In this document: positions 17,005-24,706 of the stretch, in pieces
How the letters are laid out: every line of letters starts with the position of its first letter
How positions within the stretch are numbered: the stretch's first letter is position 1
Assembly (NCBI GenBank): GCA_035249045.1
Contig: DATFGW010000104.1
Coordinates: forward strand, 2,542-66,541
Direction: 5' to 3'
From: Gemmatimonadaceae bacterium
GTDB taxonomy: Bacteria > Gemmatimonadota > Gemmatimonadetes > Gemmatimonadales > Gemmatimonadaceae
DNA length: 64,000 nt
Program-made: the position numbers and the translations under genes
The notes under the pieces: generated by a model
What the model was told of the DNA's origin: nothing
The model's database searches: none
What the model saw: only the letters and a program-made list of their open reading frames with translations

Positions 17005-20000
17005 TCATCGCGTATCGAGCTTCCTCCCCGCATCGAGGCGATCGTAGTTCAAAAGCGCATTGAAAACGAGGAAATAGCTGCCGATCGTCTCGCCACGCCA
17101 CATCGGATTATTGGCAAAGAGTACGACGTGACCCTTTCCGAGCGGGACATCGACCACCACCGGTCGCTGAGCGACATCGTTGCCGTCCAGAAGCCCCGAT
17201 GCCAGCAGCTCGCGCTGGTCCGCGAGCCGAAGCACGACCCGCGGCCGTAGCGCCGGCGGGATTACTGACAGCGGATTGCGCATCTGCTCATCCGTTACGG
17301 GTGCGGCCTGCCACGGCTGCACCGGACGTCTGCGCGCGACATCGTGCAGTGGATCGAGCGGCGCACGCCCCTGCGGCACATCGAGCTCGTCGGCGGTTCC
17401 CCTTCCCGTCGGCCGCTCGTTGTTCGCGTCGGGATTCCTCCCACCGCGCGAGCCGAGAACGTTGGTGATGCTGTAGCTCGATCCGTCGTCGCTGTACACC
17501 GCCAGGCTGTCACGCAACCCATACGCGAGCGGACTCGCGTCGTCGACGATCCGCGTGCGCAACAAACTGCCCACCACGTGAAGCCGCGGCGGATGGTTCA
17601 GCGACACACCACTCGCCAATCCGAACGCCACCGCGAGGTCGGCGGTGTTCTCGCTGGTGAGCAACACCCCGCCATTCTTCACGAAGTTGTTGAGATTGTT
17701 GACGCCGCTCAGTCCGAGACCCGGTCGGATGTCGTCGGTCTCGTCGATTCCCATGTTCGGCGTCAGGTCCGTCTTCTTCCAGGGCATCGGGTTTCGCCAC
17801 ATCGGAAGGCCGGCAACAATCGTCTGCGGGCTCCCACCGGTTGGAGGGAAGATGATGACGTCGTACTTCGCGTTGAGGTTGGCATCCTTCGACGCATCCT
17901 GCGTGTTGATATACGAATAGGGCACGTGCAGGAAGTCGAACGCCTGTCTCCACCAGCCTTCGGTCTGGGTGCTGAGCCAGGTGTGCATGATCGCCACCCG
18001 CGGCGCGCGCGCGGGATGCATCGTCACCGATGGCGCGGCGCCAAGCGCGTACGCCTTGAGCCCGAGCTCGCGGGTTGCCTTGTCCAGATCGGCGGCCGAC
18101 ATCCTGCGCACGATGAAGGAGCCGCGCGCGAATTTCTGGCCCGCCGCGTCGAACGGTTGCTCGGCGATCTGGAAATCGGCGTCCTTGAATCGGTAGCGGA
18201 GCGTCGCGAGAGCGTTGTCCGCGTTATTGTTGATCGCGAAGACGCCGCCGCTCCCAATCACCCCGCCCGGCGCGGAGATATCGCCGGTCACCGGCTCCAT
18301 CGGCACGGTGAGAACTTTCGGATCGGTGACCCGTACTGCCGTCACCGCGAACGCCTCCGGAAAAGTCCAGCCCGTGTCGTCGTAAGGCGTCTTCTGCGGG
18401 TCGTTGGGACTCCAGTACTGGTAATCGAGGAGCGCGTCGGCAATTCGTGAGTACGGCTGGTCCATTCTGATGATGTAGCTTCCAGCGGGAAACCGGCGCT
18501 CCACCAGGTGCTGCGCCGAGAGCGGCAGAGTGTCGAACGGCGCCGCTTGCGGACCCTTGGTGGTGTCAGCCCCAGCGCTGTCCGGTCGCGCGCTATCCGC
18601 TCGGGTACTATCGGGCCCGCGTCGCGTGCTGTCAGGTCGCGCGTTTCTTCCTGCCGGTGGCGTGTTGCGCGGTCGCGGGACCGCAACCATCGCAGTGAAC
18701 GGTGCGGTAGCGCGCGAGATCTCCACATGCTGCTTTTGCATGACCCGCAGCAGATCCGCCTGCGCGCCGAGTCGCCGGTCGTCGCTCGGCAGGATGTACG
18801 CGGCCGGGCCTTCCACCGAAGGCTTGAGAACGGAGCGCTTGCTCTTCTCGTAAAAATTCTCCAGAAACTGCTGCCGGTTGTTGGCGAAGTATGACAGCGA
18901 GACGAGAAGGCCGGTTTCCTCATAGTTGTTGTTATTGCGGAGCGACCATTTCACCTTGGGCAGTGGCGGGTTCTGGCGGTACCAGGTCCGTGAAGTCTCG
19001 TCCGGCGAAAGCGTCCGCTCCATCGTCTCCGCCGTTCCGCCATTTCCGAAGGTCTCATACAAGCGGCTGATGCCGTTGTGCGTGGCGGCCATGAACATGA
19101 GGTAGCCCGGCGACCACGTATCGAAGTCACCATGGGCGAACACGCCCGGCATCCCGAGCCTCGTCATCTCCTGAACGTTGTTCCACCCGATCATCTGCCA
19201 CTCGTTGGTGAGCAGCGGATCCAGCCAGGCATTGTAAGGGCCGTCACCGATGGTGTTGTCGTAGAGATATGGAACCGATTCGTGCAGATCGTGGAGGACC
19301 TGCGCGCGCCAGTCGATGTAGGTATTGAGTACGTTCTGCGAGAGCTTGAGGGTCATCCCCATCGCGTCGCGGTTGTTGTCGTGCGCGACGTAATGCCCCC
19401 AATAGAGAAGTGGCGGCGCCGTCTCGCCTGGATGCGCCATCTTCCAGCGAAAGAGATCCACCATTCGGTCGCGGCCATCCACCTCCACGATCGGCGTGAT
19501 CAACGTGACCAGGTGATCGCGGATGTTCTTGATGTACGGGCTCTCATCCACCGCCAGCCTGTAGGCAAGCTCCATCAGCGCAGTCGGCGCTCCGGATTCG
19601 GTGGAGTGAATGGTGCCGGTGATGTAATAGACGGGCGCGGTCTCGGTGACCAGACGCGCGGCTAGCGCATCGTTGAAGTTGATGGTTCTCGGATCGGCCA
19701 GTTTGGCGAGGTTCGCCCTGTTGGCGTCGAGGTTCGCCATCAGTGAGTCAGAGGCGACCGCCACCGCGATCATCTCCCTCCCCTCTTCGGTGGTACCTAT
19801 CGAGTACACCCGCACGCGCGGCGTCGATTTCGCGAGTAGTCGCATGTACGCGTAGACGTCCTTCGAGTAGGGGAGATTGTTGCGCGCGCCGGCGATGTCG
19901 CCGAGTACCGCCTTCGGGGTCGGAACCGTGGATGACGCGGGGAGATAGTCGACCAGCGGCGAAAGGAAGAACGGTTCCGTGGTGTACTCGTGAATCTTTC

Positions 20001-20181
20001 GAGTGTACTCCTCGTCGATCGGCTGATTCGGATCGCGCCCCGGCCTGGTGGCCGTCGGCGGCAGGCTCGTTCTTGCCGCTGCCGCCTCAGGTGCGGCTCC
20101 GTCCTGCGCCGCGAGCGGCGCCGCTGTGACCGCCAGGAAAAACGAAACACCAATGACCACGGGGCGCACTGATTCTCTCAT
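17005..20181 (-). CDS. M14 family zinc carboxypeptidase, secreted
   Basis: Signal peptide, IGTTEEGR, IHSTE (HxxE), HDNNRD, HDLHE, PYDDTGWT. Start placed at MRESVRP. Confidence 0.85.
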   Translation of the reverse strand: MRESVRPVVIGVSFFLAVTAAPLAAQDGAAPEAAAARTSLPPTATRPGRDPNQPIDEEYTRKIHEYTTEPFFLSPLVDYLPASSTVPTPKAVLGDIAGARNNLPYSKDVYAYMRLLAKSTPRVRVYSIGTTEEGREMIAVAVASDSLMANLDANRANLAKLADPRTINFNDALAARLVTETAPVYYITGTIHSTESGAPTALMELAYRLAVDESPYIKNIRDHLVTLITPIVEVDGRDRMVDLFRWKMAHPGETAPPLLYWGHYVAHDNNRDAMGMTLKLSQNVLNTYIDWRAQVLHDLHESVPYLYDNTIGDGPYNAWLDPLLTNEWQMIGWNNVQEMTRLGMPGVFAHGDFDTWSPGYLMFMAATHNGISRLYETFGNGGTAETMERTLSPDETSRTWYRQNPPLPKVKWSLRNNNNYEETGLLVSLSYFANNRQQFLENFYEKSKRSVLKPSVEGPAAYILPSDDRRLGAQADLLRVMQKQHVEISRATAPFTAMVAVPRPRNTPPAGRNARPDSTRRGPDSTRADSARPDSAGADTTKGPQAAPFDTLPLSAQHLVERRFPAGSYIIRMDQPYSRIADALLDYQYWSPNDPQKTPYDDTGWTFPEAFAVTAVRVTDPKVLTVPMEPVTGDISAPGGVIGSGGVFAINNNADNALATLRYRFKDADFQIAEQPFDAAGQKFARGSFIVRRMSAADLDKATRELGLKAYALGAAPSVTMHPARAPRVAIMHTWLSTQTEGWWRQAFDFLHVPYSYINTQDASKDANLNAKYDVIIFPPTGGSPQTIVAGLPMWRNPMPWKKTDLTPNMGIDETDDIRPGLGLSGVNNLNNFVKNGGVLLTSENTADLAVAFGLASGVSLNHPPRLHVVGSLLRTRIVDDASPLAYGLRDSLAVYSDDGSSYSITNVLGSRGGRNPDANNERPTGRGTADELDVPQGRAPLDPLHDVARRRPVQPWQAAPVTDEQMRNPLSVIPPALRPRVVLRLADQRELLASGLLDGNDVAQRPVVVDVPLGKGHVVLFANNPMWRGETIGSYFLVFNALLNYDRLDAGRKLDTR

Positions 20182-20250
20182 TGCTCTCTCATTGAGGACC
20201 GACGATTTGTTAGGGAACGCGAAGCTATTGGCCGGAACGCGCCTCGGCAA

Positions 20251-21231
20251 TCATTTCAGATCGATCCTGCCGATCCGACTCGTGCCACTGAGCGCCAGCC
20301 AGAGTCTCGAGCGCGTGCTGTCGACCGACATGTTTCGCACGATCGCTCCGGCGGTTGGAATCTTCACCGTCTCCATCTTCTGAGTTTTCGGATCGAAAGC
20401 GACGATGGTGCCTGAGCCCGCCTCATCGTAGAAGATCCGCCCGTCGGGCGCGACCGCGATTCCATAGGGCGCCGAGCTCGCTCCGCCGGGTGACAGCCAC
20501 TCGTGGAATGCTCGTGTCTTCGGATTGTATGAGCCCAGATAGCCGCGCGCGAAATCGCTGTAGTAAACCATCCCCGTCCCATCGACAGCCAGACGGCGTG
20601 GCCGCGCGCCGGTTTCCGGCAAGCTTATCTCGGTGAGCGCTCCGGTCGACGCGTCGATGTGGCCAAGCTTGTTGGTGCCGAAGAGCGCGACCCAGATCGA
20701 TCCGTCGGGCGCATTCACCATCCCGTACGGCAACGCCCTCCGCGTCGGGACTGTCCAGACTTTCACCTCTCGGCTGGCGGGATCGAGCCTTCCGTACATG
20801 TTGCTTTGCTGCACGGTGAACCAGACCATGCCCTTCCGAATCATTGGCGTGTGCGGGTCCCGCGCCTCGGCCGGCAGCGAGAACTCTTCGATCTTTCCTG
20901 TCGCCGGATCGAGCCGCGCGATCTTTGAGGCTCGTTGCGCGGTGTACCACACCCCGCCATCCGGAGCGATCACTATCCCGTGCGGCGCCGACCGCGGCGT
21001 CGGAGTCGGATAGTCGGTGATCTTCCCCGTCGCGGGATCGAGTCGCCCGATGAAGCTGTTCGCCTGATCGGTGTACCAGACGATGCCGTCCTTCCCGACT
21101 GCGGGGTCATGCGGGAAAGCGTTCTCGCGCGGAATCTGGTATTCCGCGACGGCAAGCGGTGACGCCGCCAGCGCAATGAGTCCGGCGGCGGGAACCAGTG
21201 CGGCCAGGCCGCGAGTGAACGAAATCAGCAT
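20251..21231 (-). CDS. Vgb-like beta-propeller protein, secreted
   Basis: Repeats of P-x-G-I/M...PDGxxWYT...IGRLDPATG; GGAGG RBS; signal peptide. Confidence 0.8.
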   Translation of the reverse strand: MLISFTRGLAALVPAAGLIALAASPLAVAEYQIPRENAFPHDPAVGKDGIVWYTDQANSFIGRLDPATGKITDYPTPTPRSAPHGIVIAPDGGVWYTAQRASKIARLDPATGKIEEFSLPAEARDPHTPMIRKGMVWFTVQQSNMYGRLDPASREVKVWTVPTRRALPYGMVNAPDGSIWVALFGTNKLGHIDASTGALTEISLPETGARPRRLAVDGTGMVYYSDFARGYLGSYNPKTRAFHEWLSPGGASSAPYGIAVAPDGRIFYDEAGSGTIVAFDPKTQKMETVKIPTAGAIVRNMSVDSTRSRLWLALSGTSRIGRIDLK

Positions 21232-21375
21232 CCGATCCTCCGACGTCCCGTTTGTCAAATGGATGCACGCGCGGCGGTAATTTCGCCAGCAGGTTTTTAC
21301 ACTGGCGATTGCAGGCCTGTAATCCGATCTTGTCTGAAACGACAAGGGTTCGAGGTGAAGAAGTCGGGCAATGCA

Positions 21376-21780
21376 ATGAGTAGCGAGTCCGCGTCCGCTC
21401 AGATCGACGCTAGAATAAGGGAGCTGGGTGACTGGCGCGGCGACACGCTTTCCAGGGTCCGCTCTCTGATCAAGCAGGCGGATCCCGATGTCGTCGAGGA
21501 GCTGAAGTGGAAAAAAGCATCGGCGCCGGCGGGTGTGCCGGTGTGGTCGCACAACGGGATGATATGCACGGGCGAGACCTACAAGGCATTGGTGAAGCTC
21601 ACCTTCGCCAACGGCGCGCGGCTCAGGGACCCGAAGCGATTGTTCAACTCCAGCCTCGAGGGCAATACGCGCCGCGCGATCGATCTCCGCGAAGGTGATC
21701 GCATCGACGAGACGGCGTTCAAAGCTCTGATCCGCGACGCGGTTGAATTGAATGCGACTTCGCGGCGCAAGAAGAACTGA
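21376..21780 (+). CDS. DUF1801 (YdhG-like) domain protein
   Basis: DWRGDTLSRVRSLIKQADPDVVEELKW...GVPVWSH...LFNSSLEGNTRRAID. Confidence 0.8.
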   Translation: MSSESASAQIDARIRELGDWRGDTLSRVRSLIKQADPDVVEELKWKKASAPAGVPVWSHNGMICTGETYKALVKLTFANGARLRDPKRLFNSSLEGNTRRAIDLREGDRIDETAFKALIRDAVELNATSRRKKN

Positions 21781-21797
21781 TTTGCAGCAGCCGCGGG

Positions 21798-21826
21798 TTG
21801 ATGAAGCTGAGGCGCGTCAATAGCTT
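21798..21826 (+). promoter_or_regulatory. sigma70 promoter of tRNA-Ser/gltX
   Basis: TTGATG-N17-TAGCTT. Confidence 0.6.
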
Positions 21827-21839
21827 ACGGACTCTTCCG

Positions 21840-21928
21840 GGAGAGATGGCCGAGAGGCTGAAGGCACCGGTTTGCTAAACCGGCATACGTGGAAACGCGT
21901 ATCGAGGGTTCGAATCCCTCTCTCTCCG
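21840..21928 (+). tRNA. tRNA-Ser (anticodon GCT)
   Basis: GGAGAGA/TCTCTCC acceptor stem, CCGGT-TTGCTAA-ACCGG anticodon arm, long variable arm, GAGGGTTCGAATCCCTC T-arm. Confidence 0.95.
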
Positions 21929-21980
21929 TCCCGCGGGTCCGCGCGTCCAGTGTGGGCCCGCTTTTCATTATTGTTTTGAG

Positions 21981-23441
21981 ATGACCGACGACCGAGCTCC
22001 ACGCCTCCGCTTCGCGCCATCACCGACCGGGTACCTCCACGTCGGCGGCGCGCGCACGGCGCTATTCAACTGGCTCTATGCCCGCAAGTACGGCGGTCAG
22101 TTCCTGCTGCGCATCGAGGATACCGACAAGGCGAGGAGCACCGACGAGAGTACCCGCGCCATCTTCGAGGGTCTCGAGTGGCTGGGTCTGCTGTGGGACG
22201 AGGAGGTCGTCTATCAGGGAGCGAACCTCCCGCGTCACCAGGCCGATGCGCGAACACTGCTTGAGTCAGGCGCCGCGTATCGCTGCTTCTGCACCGCTGC
22301 CGAGCTCGACGAGCGCCGTCGCGCCGCCGAAGCCAGGAAGGAAGCGTTCAAGTACGATCGTCGCTGCGATCGGTTGGCGAGTGATGAAGTCGAGCGTCGC
22401 CTTCAGGCCGGCACGCCATTCGTCGTCCGATTTCGCGTTCCGGAAGGAACGACGGAGTGGAACGACATGGTCCACGATCGAATCGCGTTCCCCAACAAGG
22501 ACATCGAGGATTTCGTCATCCTCCGTTCCGACGGAACACCGATCTACAACCTCGCCGTCGTTTCCGATGATATCGCGATGGGGGTCAACGTCGTGATGCG
22601 CGGCGACGACCACATCTCCAATACCCCGAAGCAGATTCTGCTCTATCGCGCGTTGGGCGCGCCACTGCCGACTTTTTCGCACTTGCCGATGATCCACGGT
22701 CTCGACGGGAAAAAGCTGAGCAAGCGCCACGGCGCAACCGCGGTCGGAGACTATCAGCATTACGGCCTGCTGCCCGGCGCGATGCTCAACTTTCTCGCCC
22801 TGCTCGGCTGGTCACCGGGTGGAGATCGCGAGATCATGACGCTCCAGGAAATGATCGAGCTCTTCAGCGTCGATGGATTGCAAAAGAAGGCCGCGATCTT
22901 CGATCCGAAAAAGCTGGAGTGGATGAACGGTCAGCATTTGTCGATGATCCCGCTGTATGAGCTCGAGCCACGGGTCACTCCGGCGATCGTGACGGCGCGA
23001 CTGGCCACTGAGGAAGAGCTCGTCGAGCGGCGCGAGTGGTACCTGAGGCTGCTCGATTTGCTGCGCGTCCGCTCGCGAACCATCGACGATATCGTTCGTC
23101 AGGCGGGTCCCTACTTTCTGGAAGACATCGAGTACGACCCAACCGCGGTTGCAAAGAACTGGAAGGACAGGAACGAATCGGCAACTTTGCTCAGAGTGAC
23201 CCGAGACGCGCTCGCGGCAGTCAACGATTGGACGGCCGAGAAGCTCGAAATAGCGCTCCGGTCGTTGGCCGAATCTCGGGGGGTTTCAGCGGGAAAAGTT
23301 TTTCAGCCCCTTCGCGTGGCACTGACGGGAATGAGCGTCAGTCCGGGGATCTTCGAGATGCTCGTCCAGATGGGCCGCGACCTGTCTCTCATGAGAATCG
23401 ACAAGGCGCTCGCAACATTGGGCGCGGAATCAGTTTTGTGA
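21981..23441 (+). CDS. gltX: Glutamate--tRNA ligase
   Basis: RFAPSPTGYLHVGG (HIGH-like), LRIEDTD, KKLSKR (KMSKS-like). Confidence 0.96.
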   Translation: MTDDRAPRLRFAPSPTGYLHVGGARTALFNWLYARKYGGQFLLRIEDTDKARSTDESTRAIFEGLEWLGLLWDEEVVYQGANLPRHQADARTLLESGAAYRCFCTAAELDERRRAAEARKEAFKYDRRCDRLASDEVERRLQAGTPFVVRFRVPEGTTEWNDMVHDRIAFPNKDIEDFVILRSDGTPIYNLAVVSDDIAMGVNVVMRGDDHISNTPKQILLYRALGAPLPTFSHLPMIHGLDGKKLSKRHGATAVGDYQHYGLLPGAMLNFLALLGWSPGGDREIMTLQEMIELFSVDGLQKKAAIFDPKKLEWMNGQHLSMIPLYELEPRVTPAIVTARLATEEELVERREWYLRLLDLLRVRSRTIDDIVRQAGPYFLEDIEYDPTAVAKNWKDRNESATLLRVTRDALAAVNDWTAEKLEIALRSLAESRGVSAGKVFQPLRVALTGMSVSPGIFEMLVQMGRDLSLMRIDKALATLGAESVL

Positions 23442-23455
23442 CTGTCAGAAACAAG

Positions 23456-23484
23456 TTGACCAGGTACGGTTTCGTACACAAATT
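23456..23484 (+). promoter_or_regulatory. lexA promoter with palindrome GTACG-N4-CGTAC (candidate SOS box)
   Basis: TTGACC -35 at 23456-23461; palindrome at 23464-23477 lies in the promoter spacer. Confidence 0.55.
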
Positions 23485-23531
23485 ATGTGCTGACGCGAGG
23501 CGAGCTACCGCCGCTTCGCCTATCCAGGGCA

Positions 23532-24185
23532 ATGAAGATGGCCGAGCAATTAACGAAGCTCGAGAGCTCGGTATATCACTACCTTCTCGACTTCACCGCC
23601 GAGAACACTTACCAGCCGAGCATCCGCGACATCGGCAAGCAATTCAAGATCAAGTCGACGAAGACCGTCTCTGATCTGCTGCAGTCGCTCGCAAGAAAAG
23701 GCTACATCGAGCGCGATCCCGCGCGCTCGCGCGGTGTGAATCTCCTCGGCTTTGGCGCGGCGATGCGCACGCAACCGGTTCCGTTTTACGGAAAGATCCA
23801 CGCTGGTGAGCCGGCCCTGCTTCCAGAGTACCGTCAGGGCTTCATTACCATCGATCGACGCTTCGTGCCCACCGATCAGGTTTTCTTTCTCAAGGTAAAG
23901 GGCGACAGCATGGTCGGCCGCTGCATCAATGACGGCGATTACGTGATGGTGAATCCGAGTCAGGAGCCGCAGGAGAAGGACATCGTCGCGGCGCGCCTCG
24001 GTGAAGAAGCGACCGTGAAGACCTACACGAAGCAGGGGAACTCGGTAGTTCTCGAGGCCGCGAATCCGGCTGACCGCGATATCCAGGTTCAGCCCGGAAT
24101 GGACTTCGGCATCCTCGGCGTCATCTGCGGGGTCTTCCGCCCCGGCTTTGACGCCAATCAGGGGAGCGCTACGCCGCAAGCCTGA
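23532..24185 (+). CDS. lexA: SOS repressor LexA
   Basis: Winged HTH (PSIRDIG...LARKGYI), Ala-Gly cleavage site (IHAGEP), catalytic Ser (GDSM) and Lys (ATVK). Start 23532 or 23538. Confidence 0.92.
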   Translation: MKMAEQLTKLESSVYHYLLDFTAENTYQPSIRDIGKQFKIKSTKTVSDLLQSLARKGYIERDPARSRGVNLLGFGAAMRTQPVPFYGKIHAGEPALLPEYRQGFITIDRRFVPTDQVFFLKVKGDSMVGRCINDGDYVMVNPSQEPQEKDIVAARLGEEATVKTYTKQGNSVVLEAANPADRDIQVQPGMDFGILGVICGVFRPGFDANQGSATPQA

Positions 24186-24202
24186 GACCGTCGCTCAGAT
24201 TG

Positions 24203-24235
24203 AAAACGGTCGGCCTCGCAGGCCGGCCGTTTTTT
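24203..24235 (+). terminator. Intrinsic terminator after lexA
   Basis: AAAACGGTCGGCC-loop-GGCCGGCCGTTTTTT. Confidence 0.8.
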
Positions 24236-24269
24236 CGTTATGGTGGATGTTCAACGACAGGTGCCGATA

Positions 24270-24689
24270 ATGGCTGACGCCAAACCCGATTCGGGCTCGA
24301 CTCCGACGCTCAGGCAGCTCACTCCGGTGCTGATCGTCGATGAGGTAGAGCCGTGCGTGAAGTTCTGGACCGACCGCCTCGGTTTCGAGCTGACGAACAA
24401 AGTGCCGGACGACAACGGCAAGCTGATCTTCGCCAGTGTGCAGCTGGGAGCAATCGAGATCATGTACCAGACGCGCGCCAGCGTGCTGAGCGAACAGCCG
24501 TCGTCGGCTGGCGAGCTGATGGGTCATTCGGTTGCGCTCTTCATCACCGTCGCGGATCTCGACACCGTCGAGAGAGCGCTAACCGACGTTCCGGTCGTCA
24601 AACCGCGCCACGATACTTTCTACGGGAGCACGGAGATCTACGTGCGCGAGCCGGGAGGCAACACCGTCGGCTTCGCGCAGTTCTCGTAG
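24270..24689 (+). CDS. VOC/glyoxalase family protein
   Basis: LTPVLIV..FWTDRLGF, TFYGSTEIYVREPGGN. Confidence 0.8.
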   Translation: MADAKPDSGSTPTLRQLTPVLIVDEVEPCVKFWTDRLGFELTNKVPDDNGKLIFASVQLGAIEIMYQTRASVLSEQPSSAGELMGHSVALFITVADLDTVERALTDVPVVKPRHDTFYGSTEIYVREPGGNTVGFAQFS

Positions 24690-24706
24690 CCATCCAAAAC
24701 GGCCGA

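Noticed and set aside
20251-21231. Streptogramin B resistance gene
   Set aside because: Only the generic Vgb-like propeller repeats can be supported; the protein has a signal peptide and its function is unknown.
6023-21839. Integrative genomic island between the two tRNA-Ser genes
   Set aside because: No integrase or transposase, no duplicated tRNA 3' end noticed, and no obvious compositional shift.
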